A stretch of 32,000 bases of DNA from Desulfotalea psychrophila LSv54 (GTDB lineage: Bacteria; Desulfobacterota; Desulfobulbia; Desulfobulbales; Desulfocapsaceae). The first letter of the stretch is position 1; each line of letters opens with the position of its first letter. Shown one piece after another: positions 23,994 to 32,000 of the stretch. Below the pieces are notes generated by a model. It was not told the DNA's origin and made no database searches. It worked only from the letters and a program-made list of their open reading frames with translations. Where the stretch lies: contig NC_006138.1 in assembly GCF_000025945.1 (NCBI RefSeq), positions 210,001-242,000 of the forward strand, in the 5' to 3' direction. Position numbers and translations under genes: made by a program.

Positions 23994-25371
23994 TACTCCG
24001 GCAATCATCATTGCCGGCACCCATAGCGGTTCCGGCAAGACCACCATCACCCTAGGTATCATGGCAGCCCTGAAGGCCCGGGGAATGCGAGTCCAGCCCT
24101 TTAAATCCGGCCCAGATTTTATCGACCCCAGCCTGCACCGGCTGGTCACCGGCAGGATCTCCCGCAACCTTGATCTCTATATGATGGAGAAGGAGTTCTG
24201 TCGGCGCTCCTTTGCCAAACAGGCGACTCAGGCCGATATCAGCATTATTGAAGGGGTTATGGGAATGTTTGATGGCGACCGGGGATCAAGCCATACCCTG
24301 GGAGAGTTCCTCGATATTCCCTCGATCCTGGTTATAGATGCCCGCGCCATGGCCCAGAGCGCCGCCGCCATCGTCCGCGGCTTTGAGAGTATGGCAGGGG
24401 GCAGACTCATCGGAGTCATTGCCAACAATATTGCCAGTCCGCGCCATCTGCAGCTGGTGCGCGAGGCAATAGAGACACACTGTCAGGCAAGATTTCTCGG
24501 CTATCTGCCCCGCAACCTTGACTTCACCATCCCCAGCCGCCATCTCGGTCTCCATCTGGCCGAGGACAATCCCATCCCAGAAACTGCCATTGCCCAGCTA
24601 GCGGCAACTGTTGAGGCCCATATTGACCTCGAGGCCCTCCTCCTCTGCGCTGGCGAACAGGCACCCAAAAAGCAGGTGACGCAAAAAAAGGCTCCGCCAG
24701 AAAGGATTCGCATTGCCGTGGCCAGGGATCGGGCCTTCTGCTTCTACTACGAGGACAATCTCGATGCCCTAAGGCAGGCAGGTGCAGAAATTATTCCCTT
24801 CAGCCCCCTCACTGACCAGAAGCTGCCAATGGATATTGCCGGCATCTATCTGGGCGGCGGTTACCCCGAACTCTATGGGAAAGAGCTCAGTGAAAATAGA
24901 GCAATGCGAGAGGCCATCGCTGAAACCATAGAGACGGGAATGCCCGTCTATGCTGAATGTGGCGGCTTTATGTATCTGACCCGAGGCATTGAGGACGGGG
25001 ATCTCTTCCACCCCCTTGTCGGCATCTTTCCCACTCGGGCCAGGATGAAGAAGAGCCGGGCAAGCCTAGGCTACCGTGAAATCCACCTGAGGGAGTCCTG
25101 TCTCCTCGGCCCTGCCGGCCTGGCGGCCCGAGGGCATGAATTTCACTATTCAACCATTGAAGAAATGGCAACAGGTACTAATGTAGGGATCACTGATATT
25201 TACAGGGTGGATAGAGGTGGCAGTGGTTACCTGCACAAGAACTGTTTAGCCAGCTATATCCACCTCCACTTTGGTTCAAACCAGGCACTTGCTGAAAACT
25301 TTGTCCAGTTCTGCCAGGAAAATTTTGACAGATTAAGGAAAAAACCATGTCCGTCACCATCCAAAAAATAG
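23983..25371 (+). CDS. cbiA: cobyrinate a,c-diamide synthase
   Basis: N-terminal P-loop IIIAGTHSGSGKTT and a C-terminal glutamine amidotransferase Cys (YAECGGFMYL). I chose the start at 23983, with AGGAGA 7 nt upstream, overlapping the SBP stop by 11 nt. Confidence 0.9.
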   Translation: MPSNTPAIIIAGTHSGSGKTTITLGIMAALKARGMRVQPFKSGPDFIDPSLHRLVTGRISRNLDLYMMEKEFCRRSFAKQATQADISIIEGVMGMFDGDRGSSHTLGEFLDIPSILVIDARAMAQSAAAIVRGFESMAGGRLIGVIANNIASPRHLQLVREAIETHCQARFLGYLPRNLDFTIPSRHLGLHLAEDNPIPETAIAQLAATVEAHIDLEALLLCAGEQAPKKQVTQKKAPPERIRIAVARDRAFCFYYEDNLDALRQAGAEIIPFSPLTDQKLPMDIAGIYLGGGYPELYGKELSENRAMREAIAETIETGMPVYAECGGFMYLTRGIEDGDLFHPLVGIFPTRARMKKSRASLGYREIHLRESCLLGPAGLAARGHEFHYSTIEEMATGTNVGITDIYRVDRGGSGYLHKNCLASYIHLHFGSNQALAENFVQFCQENFDRLRKKPCPSPSKK

Positions 25372-25979
25372 GGCCCACCGAGATCGAAGCCGAGAGTTTT
25401 CGTATTATAGAGAGTGAAATCGGCGAGCACGGTCTTGACCCACAAACCTGGGCCATCACCCGCCGGGTGATCCATGCCACCGCAGATTTTGCCTTCCGCG
25501 ACAATCTTAAGTTTCATCCCCAAGCCATAGAACGGGGCATCGCTGCCATCCGGGCTGGCAAAAACATCCTCACCGATGTCAATATGACGGCCATCGGCAT
25601 CAGCAAGGGACTCCTCGGCCATTTTGGCGGCACGGTAAGTTGCGGGGTGGCCGATCCTGCTATTGCCATCCGGGCCAAAGAACTGGGTAAGACCCGCTCT
25701 CAAACAGCCATCAGCGAAGGCCTCAACGAAGATGTCGGCATCATCGCCATCGGCAATGCCCCCACGGCCCTCCTCCAAATCATGAAGATTCTGAAAGAAC
25801 GGCCGGAACTGAACCCCCTAATCATCGGGGTCCCCGTAGGCTTTGTCAATGCGGCTGAATCAAAGGCCCTGCTCGCCGAGAGCCCCCATCTTTATATCAC
25901 CAGCCTGGGACGCAAGGGAGGCAGTCCGGTGGCCGCATCCATCACCAATGCCCTGCTCCATCTGGCAAAAGAGCTATGA
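25347..25979 (+). CDS. cbiC: cobalt-precorrin-8 methylmutase
   Basis: 210 aa with CbiC/CobH blocks (RRVIHATADF, GNAPTAL, IGVPVGFV.A.ESK). It overlaps the cbiA end by 25 nt. Confidence 0.9.
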   Translation: MSVTIQKIGPTEIEAESFRIIESEIGEHGLDPQTWAITRRVIHATADFAFRDNLKFHPQAIERGIAAIRAGKNILTDVNMTAIGISKGLLGHFGGTVSCGVADPAIAIRAKELGKTRSQTAISEGLNEDVGIIAIGNAPTALLQIMKILKERPELNPLIIGVPVGFVNAAESKALLAESPHLYITSLGRKGGSPVAASITNALLHLAKEL

Positions 25980-27064
25980 GCAAAGCCTACAAACGGCCGC
26001 TACGAAGTGGCTATACCACTGGGGCCTGTGCCGCCGCTGTGGCCAAGGGGGCTACCATCCTCCTCCTCAGCGGAGAGGCCCCTGAGAAGGTGGAGATCCC
26101 CTTCCCCGATGGAAGCAGACACAGTTTTTGTCTCTCGCAGCAGGATGGCACCGGCGCCTGCATGGGCACCATCAAGGATGCAGGAGACGACCCCGATGTA
26201 ACCAATGGCGCCCTTATTCTAGCCACAGCCAGCTGGGAGGGCGAGGACGGCCCCACCTGCGTGCATCTGACGGAGATCAGACTCTGTGGTGGCGATGGCG
26301 TGGGTCAGGTCAGCAAAAGAGGCCTGTCCATTGCCCCGGGAGAACCTGCCATCAACCCCGTGCCACGGCAGATGATAGAGGCAGCGGTGGCCGAGGCCCT
26401 CAGCCAACATGAGAAGAGAAAGCTGACCATCACCATCTCGGTACCGCAAGGCCTCGAACTTGCCGAAAAGACCCTGAACCACCGACTCGGGATAGTGAAC
26501 GGCATCTCTATTCTAGGAACCACTGGCATTGTCCGCCCCATCTCCGCCTCGGCCTGGAAGGCAACCATCTCAGCCTGCATGGATGTGGCCCGCAGTGCCG
26601 GACTTGAGCAGATGGTCATCTCCACGGGCCGCACCTCGGAAAAGGGAGCTCAACAGCTACTCGACCTGCCCGAAGAGGCCTATGCCATGATGGGAGATTA
26701 TCTACAATTCTCTCTGGAAGAGGCTGGCCGTAAAGGATTTAGCACCATTCACTATGCAGGGATGTGGGCCAAGATCATAAAGGCCGCCCTCGAAGTACCC
26801 CAGACCCATGTCCGTAACGGAGCCCTGGAGGTAGAGGCCGCCGCACAACTCCTGAAAAAACTGGGGGCAGACGAAGAGCTCTGTAAAAAACTCTTTGCCG
26901 CCAACACGGCCCGGGAAATGCTGAGCCATCTCGAAGACGAGGGACGAGACGACCTGGTAAAGGCCGTCTGCCAATATGCTAAAAAATATGCAGAAAAGAT
27001 CAGCGAAAAAACAGTGCACATCTATCTCATCAACCATAGGGCCGAGGTAATACATTATGAATAA
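25976..27064 (+). CDS. cbiD: cobalt-precorrin-5B C1-methyltransferase
   Basis: LRSGYTTGACAAAVAKGA at the N-terminus, then DAGDDPDVT and ILGTTGIVRP blocks. ATGA overlap with cbiC. Confidence 0.9.
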   Translation: MSKAYKRPLRSGYTTGACAAAVAKGATILLLSGEAPEKVEIPFPDGSRHSFCLSQQDGTGACMGTIKDAGDDPDVTNGALILATASWEGEDGPTCVHLTEIRLCGGDGVGQVSKRGLSIAPGEPAINPVPRQMIEAAVAEALSQHEKRKLTITISVPQGLELAEKTLNHRLGIVNGISILGTTGIVRPISASAWKATISACMDVARSAGLEQMVISTGRTSEKGAQQLLDLPEEAYAMMGDYLQFSLEEAGRKGFSTIHYAGMWAKIIKAALEVPQTHVRNGALEVEAAAQLLKKLGADEELCKKLFAANTAREMLSHLEDEGRDDLVKAVCQYAKKYAEKISEKTVHIYLINHRAEVIHYE

Positions 27065-28265
27065 GATCCATGTAATCGGTGTCGGTGCAGACCTTGCCGA
27101 ACTGCAAAACCTTGCCCCAACCCTAAAGAATATCCAGCTCTTTGTGGCCAGCCCCAAGCACCACCCACTCCTGGCAGGATATGGAGTGAAGTGCCGGGCA
27201 ATCACTCCCTTAGACGAATGTCTGGAAGAGATCAGAGCGACGGAGGGTGAGGTGGCCGTCCTTGCCAGTGGCGACCCCCTCTTCTACGGCATAGGAGCAA
27301 GCCTGCTCCGCCACTTCGGGGAAGAGGATCTCCTCTTTTATCCCGGCCTCTCCTCCATACAAAGGGCCTGTGCCCTGTTCAAGATCCCTTGGCACGATGC
27401 CCAGCTTATCAGCCTGCACGGCCGAGAGGCCAATCATATTCCGGGAATGATCCTACCCCATAGGAAGAGCCTGATTCTCACCGATGGCAGAAATTCACCC
27501 AACTCCATTGCCAGAGAGATACTCAACTACCTCCTCCTTATTGAAGATAAAGAGCTGACAAAGAGAATTGAGCTCAGGGTTGGAGAAAACCTCGGTACAG
27601 AGGAAGAGTGGCTCTTCACGGGTAGCCTGCAAGAGGCGGCGGAGACAAGCTTTGCCCCTCTCAATGTCCTCTGCGTCCTCATTGCCGAGCAGAAAAAGCT
27701 CCCATCCCTAGGACTCATCGAGGAGGAGATCTGTCATAGTCGAGGCCTGATCACCAAGAATGAGGTGCGAGCGGCCTCTCTGCATCGCCTCCAGCTCCCT
27801 ACGAGTGGGGTACTGTGGGATATCGGAGCGGGCAGCGGCTCTGTCTCCATTGAAGCGGCCCGACTCTCCCCCGGTTTGACCATCTACTCCGTCGAGCATA
27901 AGGAGGAGGAGATTGCTAATATCAAGGCCAATATCCGCAAGTTTGCCACCTATAACGTCATCCCCATCCTGGGACGGGCAGCAGCCCTTATGGAAAAGCT
28001 CCCCCTGCCGGACAGAATCTTTGTCGGTGGCAGTGGCGGCGAGTTGGGGAAGATCATTGAAACAGCCAAGGAGCGGCTACCTGTAGAGGGCCGCATTGTC
28101 ATCAATGCCGTCCTGAAAAAAACCGCTCTGGAGGCAATGTTTTATCTCCGCGCCCTGGACCTTACCTGTAGTAGCAGCAAAGTCAGCGTCAGTCGCATTG
28201 AGACCGACGGCAATATTAATGACTTTAATCCCATAACCATCATCGCTGGGCAAAAAATATCATGA
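27057..28265 (+). CDS. cbiET: fused cobalt-precorrin-7 C5-methyltransferase / cobalt-precorrin-6B C15-methyltransferase (decarboxylating)
   Basis: The N-terminal half is a tetrapyrrole-methylase fold (IHVIGVG..., VLASGDPLFYG). The C-terminal half is a class I SAM methyltransferase (ITKNEVRA..., WDIGAGSGSVSIEAA). 402 aa. Confidence 0.88.
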   Translation: MNKIHVIGVGADLAELQNLAPTLKNIQLFVASPKHHPLLAGYGVKCRAITPLDECLEEIRATEGEVAVLASGDPLFYGIGASLLRHFGEEDLLFYPGLSSIQRACALFKIPWHDAQLISLHGREANHIPGMILPHRKSLILTDGRNSPNSIAREILNYLLLIEDKELTKRIELRVGENLGTEEEWLFTGSLQEAAETSFAPLNVLCVLIAEQKKLPSLGLIEEEICHSRGLITKNEVRAASLHRLQLPTSGVLWDIGAGSGSVSIEAARLSPGLTIYSVEHKEEEIANIKANIRKFATYNVIPILGRAAALMEKLPLPDRIFVGGSGGELGKIIETAKERLPVEGRIVINAVLKKTALEAMFYLRALDLTCSSSKVSVSRIETDGNINDFNPITIIAGQKIS

Positions 28266-29035
28266 GAGAAGAAAAGCAAACCGTCTATTTTGTCGGGGCA
28301 GGACCAGGTGACCCCGAACTGATCACCGTCAAGGGCCAACGCCTCCTGCAGGAGGCAGACCTGATCATCTACACCGGTAGTCTGGTGCCCCGAGCCCTGG
28401 TGGAAAACCTGGCGGGGGAGAGCATCAACTCAGCCCCGCTTAACCTCGATGAGGTCTTTACCCTTATCAAAACTGCCCATGCCGAAGGCAAACGAATCGT
28501 CCGCCTTCATACCGGCGATTCGGCCATCTTCGGCGCCATAAACGAGCAACTTGCCCTGCTCCGTGCCCATAGCATTCCCTTCCAGGTAATTCCAGGGGTC
28601 AGCTCGGCCCTGGCCACAGCGGCGGCTCTGGAGACCCAGCTCACCCTGCCCGAGGTTGCGCAAACGGTAATCTTTACCAGAAGAGCAGGACGTACCCCCG
28701 TGCCCGCAGGTGAAGATCTGATCTCTCTGGCCCGGCACGGTTCGACCATGATGATCTTTCTCAGTATCTCCATGATATCCGAGGTTGTAGCAGAACTCCT
28801 TGAGGGCGGATATCCTGTCCATACCCCGGCGGCCGTGGTAGAGAAGGCCAGCTGGCCCGAGGAGAGGATCCTCAGGGGAACGCTCACGAACATTGCCCAG
28901 CAGGTCAAGGATGCCGGCATCACCAAGACGGCCCTGATTGCCGTGGGCCCGGCCATCAGCCTTGAGGCCCCGGAGATCCTCTCTAAACTCTATGACCGAG
29001 GATTTTCACACGAGTACAGACAGGCAAAGCCATGA
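28262..29035 (+). CDS. cbiF: cobalt-precorrin-4 C11-methyltransferase
   Basis: VYFVGAGPGDPELITVKGQRLLQEADLIIYTGSLV, VRLHTGD and IPGVSS blocks. ATGA overlap with cbiET. Confidence 0.9.
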   Translation: MREEKQTVYFVGAGPGDPELITVKGQRLLQEADLIIYTGSLVPRALVENLAGESINSAPLNLDEVFTLIKTAHAEGKRIVRLHTGDSAIFGAINEQLALLRAHSIPFQVIPGVSSALATAAALETQLTLPEVAQTVIFTRRAGRTPVPAGEDLISLARHGSTMMIFLSISMISEVVAELLEGGYPVHTPAAVVEKASWPEERILRGTLTNIAQQVKDAGITKTALIAVGPAISLEAPEILSKLYDRGFSHEYRQAKP

Positions 29036-30036
29036 GAATTGCCATCCTGGCCATCACGGCAGGCGGCAAGAAGCTGGCAACAAATATTGCCATCCGGCTC
29101 CCAAACGCCTCGCTTCTAGCGGATGAGGGGAGGGTAGGGGAAAAGTTCAGCCGGCACTGGCAGAGCTTTGATGCCTTTATCTGCATCATGGCCACAGGCA
29201 TTGCCGTGCGCAGTATTGCCCCCCTGCTGGTGGACAAGGCCCGGGACCCGGCTATCCTCGTTCTTGATGAACTGGGCAGGAATGTGATCAGCCTGGTTTC
29301 AGGTCATCTGGGCGGAGCCAACAAACTGGCAGAAGAGGTGGCAGCCCTCACCGGCGGACAGGCTATTATCACCACTGCCTCGGACACCCTGGGACATACG
29401 GCCCTGGACCTCTGGGCCAAAGCCCAAGGATTAAGGGCAGAGAGTCGAGAGGCCCTGACCCGGGCAAGTGCCCGTCTGGTAAATGAGGGAGAGCTAAAGA
29501 TATATGCAGAGATAGCCATCCATAGCCTGCCCCCTGATCTGCACCAGACAGAGACACGGGTGAAGGCCGATATCATCGTCTCCATCTCAACGAAGAGGGA
29601 AGAGGGACAGCTCCTCCTCCATCCCCGTTCTCTGGTGCTGGGTAGCGGCTGTAATCGGGGCACCCCCCGGGAAGATTTTGAGGCGGCACTGACCGAGCTC
29701 TGCGCGAGTCTCACCATCTCGCCTCTAGCCATAGGAAGGCTCTGTTCAATTGATAAGAAAAATGACGAGATCGGTTTGTTAGAGTTTGCCGCAGCCCATG
29801 GCTGGCAGACTGAATTCTTCAGCAAGGCAGAGATAAATCGCCTCACCCATCTACAAACATCGGCAGCCGCCCTTAAGGCTGTTGGCGCCATTGGGGTTGC
29901 AGAGCCCTGTGCCCTGCTTGGCGCAAGACAAAACACTTTATTTTGCGGAAAAAGAAAATGGAAAAATATAACAATGGCAATGGCCCAGGCACCCTCTATG
30001 TTATCGGAACAGGCCCCGGAGCACGCGACCATATAA
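29032..30036 (+). CDS. cbiG: cobalt-precorrin-5A hydrolase
   Basis: The three-part CbiG layout is present: N-terminal IAILAITAGG, a middle region, and a C-terminal LGSGCNRGT...SIDKK..E.GL block. ATGA overlap with cbiF. Confidence 0.85.
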   Translation: MRIAILAITAGGKKLATNIAIRLPNASLLADEGRVGEKFSRHWQSFDAFICIMATGIAVRSIAPLLVDKARDPAILVLDELGRNVISLVSGHLGGANKLAEEVAALTGGQAIITTASDTLGHTALDLWAKAQGLRAESREALTRASARLVNEGELKIYAEIAIHSLPPDLHQTETRVKADIIVSISTKREEGQLLLHPRSLVLGSGCNRGTPREDFEAALTELCASLTISPLAIGRLCSIDKKNDEIGLLEFAAAHGWQTEFFSKAEINRLTHLQTSAAALKAVGAIGVAEPCALLGARQNTLFCGKRKWKNITMAMAQAPSMLSEQAPEHATI

Positions 30037-30728
30037 TCCCGGCGGCCATAGAGGCCATAGAGAGAGCCGATACCATCATCGGCTATAGCACCTATCTGGA
30101 TCTGATAGAGGAACTACTGGAGGGCAAGGAGGTGATCTCCTCTTCAATGATGAAGGAGGTGGATCGCTGTCGCCTTAGCCTGGAAATGGCCGAGAGCGGC
30201 AAGAGCGTAGCCCTGGTCTCCGGCGGTGATGCAGGGATCTATGCCATGGCCGGACTGGTCCTGGAGATGGCCTCCCAGAACGATTTTCAGGCCGAGATCA
30301 AGATCATTCCGGGGATTGCCGCAGTCAATGCCTGTGCGGCCCGCCTTGGTGCCCCCCTGATGCATGACTTTGCCGCCATCAGCCTCTCCGACCTCCTCAC
30401 CCCCTGGGAGACCATTGTGGCACGCCTTGAGGCAACAGCGTCCACCGATTTTGTGGTGGCTCTCTATAACCCCAAATCCAAACGACGCACCGCCCAGATT
30501 GCCCAGGCCCGGGAGATCTTCCTCAAACACCGCGACCCTGCCAATGTGGTGGGAATTGTCACCGGGGCCACCCGGGAAAACGAGGTGATCACCCTGACCA
30601 CCTTGGACAAGATGCTTGAGTGCGAAATCGGCATGCAGTCAACGGTGATCATCGGCAACAGCAAGACCTTTGTCTGGCGGGATAAGATGATTACTCCTCG
30701 GGGTTATGGGGAGAAGTATCAGCTCTAG
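29958..30728 (+). CDS. cbiH: cobalt-factor III / precorrin-3B C17-methyltransferase
   Basis: LYVIGTGPGARDHI, IIGYSTY, ALVSGGDAGIYAMAG and IPGIAA blocks. The first in-frame ATG is at 29958; the ORF-track start is a TTG at 29943. This gives a 79-nt overlap with cbiG. Confidence 0.88.
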   Translation: MEKYNNGNGPGTLYVIGTGPGARDHIIPAAIEAIERADTIIGYSTYLDLIEELLEGKEVISSSMMKEVDRCRLSLEMAESGKSVALVSGGDAGIYAMAGLVLEMASQNDFQAEIKIIPGIAAVNACAARLGAPLMHDFAAISLSDLLTPWETIVARLEATASTDFVVALYNPKSKRRTAQIAQAREIFLKHRDPANVVGIVTGATRENEVITLTTLDKMLECEIGMQSTVIIGNSKTFVWRDKMITPRGYGEKYQL

Positions 30729-30742
30729 AAAAAACAGCATAT

Positions 30743-30795
30743 CCCCCTCCTCGCCTCCCCCTTTTTTCAAGGGGGAGAGGTCGGGAGGGGGTTTT
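30743..30795 (+). terminator. rho-independent terminator closing the cbi operon
   Basis: Long C-run/G-run hairpin: CCCCCTCC...CTCCCCC (30743-30761), loop TTTTTTCAA, GGGGGAG...GGAGGGGG (30771-30791), then TTTT. It starts 15 nt after the cbiH stop. Confidence 0.7.
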
Positions 30796-31302
30796 CTTGG
30801 CGAGGCGAGAGCTCTATAGGGGCAAGGATTTCGCGAAATAAATACTTCACCAAGAGCAAGACCTTCCAGATAATAACACCTCCATCCCCCAGCCTCCACG
30901 GCCGTCCTTAAAACCTTATTGGTCTCAACCATCCTCTCAAAAGAAGTTCCTAAAGGACAAGCACAAGAAAATGCGCTGCGAGCTCCGCATTCTGGGAAAT
31001 TAATAAAACTGAGACATTGAATTATTTCATAAAACTTTTGACAAATATGAACCACGTGGAGAGTTTTCTTATCAGAAAATTACAACAATACCTTCTCAAC
31101 ATTTCAGATGAAATGCATGCAGCAATCTCTCACACAGACATTTCTGGTTTGCTCAGTAACAATCTGGTATTCTGTTAAGCCATTTATTATGGGCTGTTGT
31201 GCTTTTCACGACTGACCCTGCTTGTTCATCCCCCTTCAATGCACTTACTACACCAACTAAGCCCTTGATTAGTTGTATTATTTTCCAACGAGAGTCTTTT
31301 GT

Positions 31303-32000
31303 ATGAAACATAAAATTTTTATCATTGTTTGGCTTTTATTATTTTATTCAACCTCTTCCCATGCAAGCGAAATAGCACAAGAAATTCAAGCCGTAAACGC
31401 CGAAACTCAATTTCGACTGGGATCGCTCTACCACAAAAGCACAGCAGATTCAAAAGATCAGCAAAAGGCATTTTCCTGGTTCCAAAAGAGTGCCCGACTG
31501 GGACATGCCGGTGCCCAGTACCAACTGGCAGTCATGTATTACCAAGGTAAAGGAACTCTAAAAGACCTAAAAAAGGCATTTACCTGGCTGAAGAAGAGCG
31601 CCCAACAAGGAGATGCTTCGGCTCAATATCAACTGGGAATTATGTATTACCAGGGTAAAGGAATGATAAAAGACCCAAAGAGAGCATTTTACTGGCTTGA
31701 AAAAAGTGCCCAGCAGGGAGATGGCAATGCTCAATATCAACTGGCAGCCATGTACCACAACGGTGAGGGAACGCCAAGAAGCCCGATACAAGAACTTTCC
31801 TGGGTGGAAAAGAGTGCTCGACAAGGACACAGGGCTGCTCAATTTCGACTGGGAGTCATGTATTACAGAGGTGAGGGAACGCCAAAAGACCCGAAGAGGG
31901 CATTGCCCTGGGTAGAGAAGAGTGCCCGGCAGGGAAATGCCATGGCTCAATATCAACTGGCAGCCATGTATCACACTGGTAAGGGAACTCTAAAGGATGC
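31303..32000 (+). CDS. secreted Sel1-repeat (SLR/TPR-like) protein, 3'-truncated by the window edge
   Basis: This ORF is absent from the ORF track because it has no stop in the window. Frame 1 from the ATG at 31303 reads MKHKIFIIVWLLLFYSTSSHA (signal peptide), then repeated 36-aa units of the form A.W..KSA.QG...AQY.LG.MY..G.G...D. Confidence 0.85.
   Translation, partial: MKHKIFIIVWLLLFYSTSSHASEIAQEIQAVNAETQFRLGSLYHKSTADSKDQQKAFSWFQKSARLGHAGAQYQLAVMYYQGKGTLKDLKKAFTWLKKSAQQGDASAQYQLGIMYYQGKGMIKDPKRAFYWLEKSAQQGDGNAQYQLAAMYHNGEGTPRSPIQELSWVEKSARQGHRAAQFRLGVMYYRGEGTPKDPKRALPWVEKSARQGNAMAQYQLAAMYHTGKGTLKD
31405..32000 (+). repeat. 108-bp tandem periodicity (coding Sel1 repeats), about 5.5 units in the window
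   Basis: The motif GC(T/C)CA(A/G)TA(T/C)CAACTGG... recurs at 31405, 31513, 31621, 31729, 31837 and 31945, exactly 108 bp apart. Confidence 0.85.

Noticed and set aside
23148-24167. 339-aa ORF on the minus strand
   Set aside because: It is entirely antisense to the well-supported SBP and cbiA genes. The product is low-complexity and Gly/Pro/Arg/Leu-rich with no motifs and no RBS. This is a typical shadow ORF of GC-rich coding DNA.
29304-30032. 242-aa ORF on the minus strand
   Set aside because: It is antisense to cbiG, with an Ala/Arg/Ser-rich shadow-frame composition.
30639-31055. 138-aa minus-strand ORF
   Set aside because: It overlaps the 3' end of cbiH and reads through the operon terminator hairpin. 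Part of its sequence (PPPDLSPLKKGGGEEG) is just the translated C-run/G-run stem.
31047-31178. 43-aa ORF (MNHVESFLIRKLQQYLLNISDEMHAAISHTDISGLLSNNLVFC) in the cbiH-Sel1 intergenic region
   Set aside because: There is no Shine-Dalgarno sequence, since a TTGACA lies directly before the ATG. It carries no recognisable motif and is the size expected by chance in AT-rich DNA.
31567-31974. 135-aa minus-strand ORF with its own internal repeat (..HGCQLILS..SLLGT..)
   Set aside because: The periodicity is simply the reverse complement of the 108-bp Sel1 coding repeats. The plus-strand frame has a signal peptide and the canonical Sel1 consensus.
31405-32000. Regularly spaced repeats that could be mistaken for a CRISPR-like array
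   Set aside because: The 108-bp period is continuous, with no unique spacers, and is in frame. It encodes canonical Sel1 units.

Overview
This 32-kb window looks like chromosome from an anaerobic, sulfate-reducer-like (Desulfobacterota-type) bacterium; that guess rests on gene content only. Almost everything is assignable.

- **1-7.7 kb, housekeeping and stress genes:** a 5'-truncated rubrerythrin, a divergent MerR/GyrI regulator and MATE efflux pair, a radical-SAM protein and an EamA transporter. Next come a secreted cytochrome P460-like haem protein followed by a His-rich 4-TM protein, then a globin-coupled diguanylate cyclase.
- **7.7-12.3 kb, the only accessory-looking stretch:** about 0.9 kb with no credible gene, a frameshifted outer-membrane channel gene, and a diverged tandem duplication of a secreted Cys-Ntn (choloylglycine/penicillin V acylase family) hydrolase.
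- **12.3-17.7 kb, an osmoadaptation block:** proVWX, a MarR-type regulator and a convergent MscS-family channel. A promoter carrying two palindromic operators lies upstream of proV.
- **17.9-30.8 kb, an anaerobic cobalamin locus:** a clear cobalamin riboswitch on the minus strand precedes a signal-peptide-bearing cbiK. After cbiK come an intrinsic terminator and a frameshifted cbiL. Divergently, 11 tightly overlapping genes run from a Gate-domain membrane protein through BtuCDF-like transport genes to cbiA-C-D-ET-F-G-H. I found no B12 box upstream of them.
- **Right edge:** a secreted Sel1-repeat protein runs off the window.

I found no CRISPR array, tRNA, rRNA, intact mobile element or recognisable defence system, and no clearly novel multi-gene system. 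The items most worth a second look are the riboswitch/secreted-CbiK/terminator/broken-cbiL arrangement, the uncharacterised Gate-domain gene leading the B12 operon, the duplicated periplasmic amidases beside a broken outer-membrane channel, and the P460 plus 4-TM pair.
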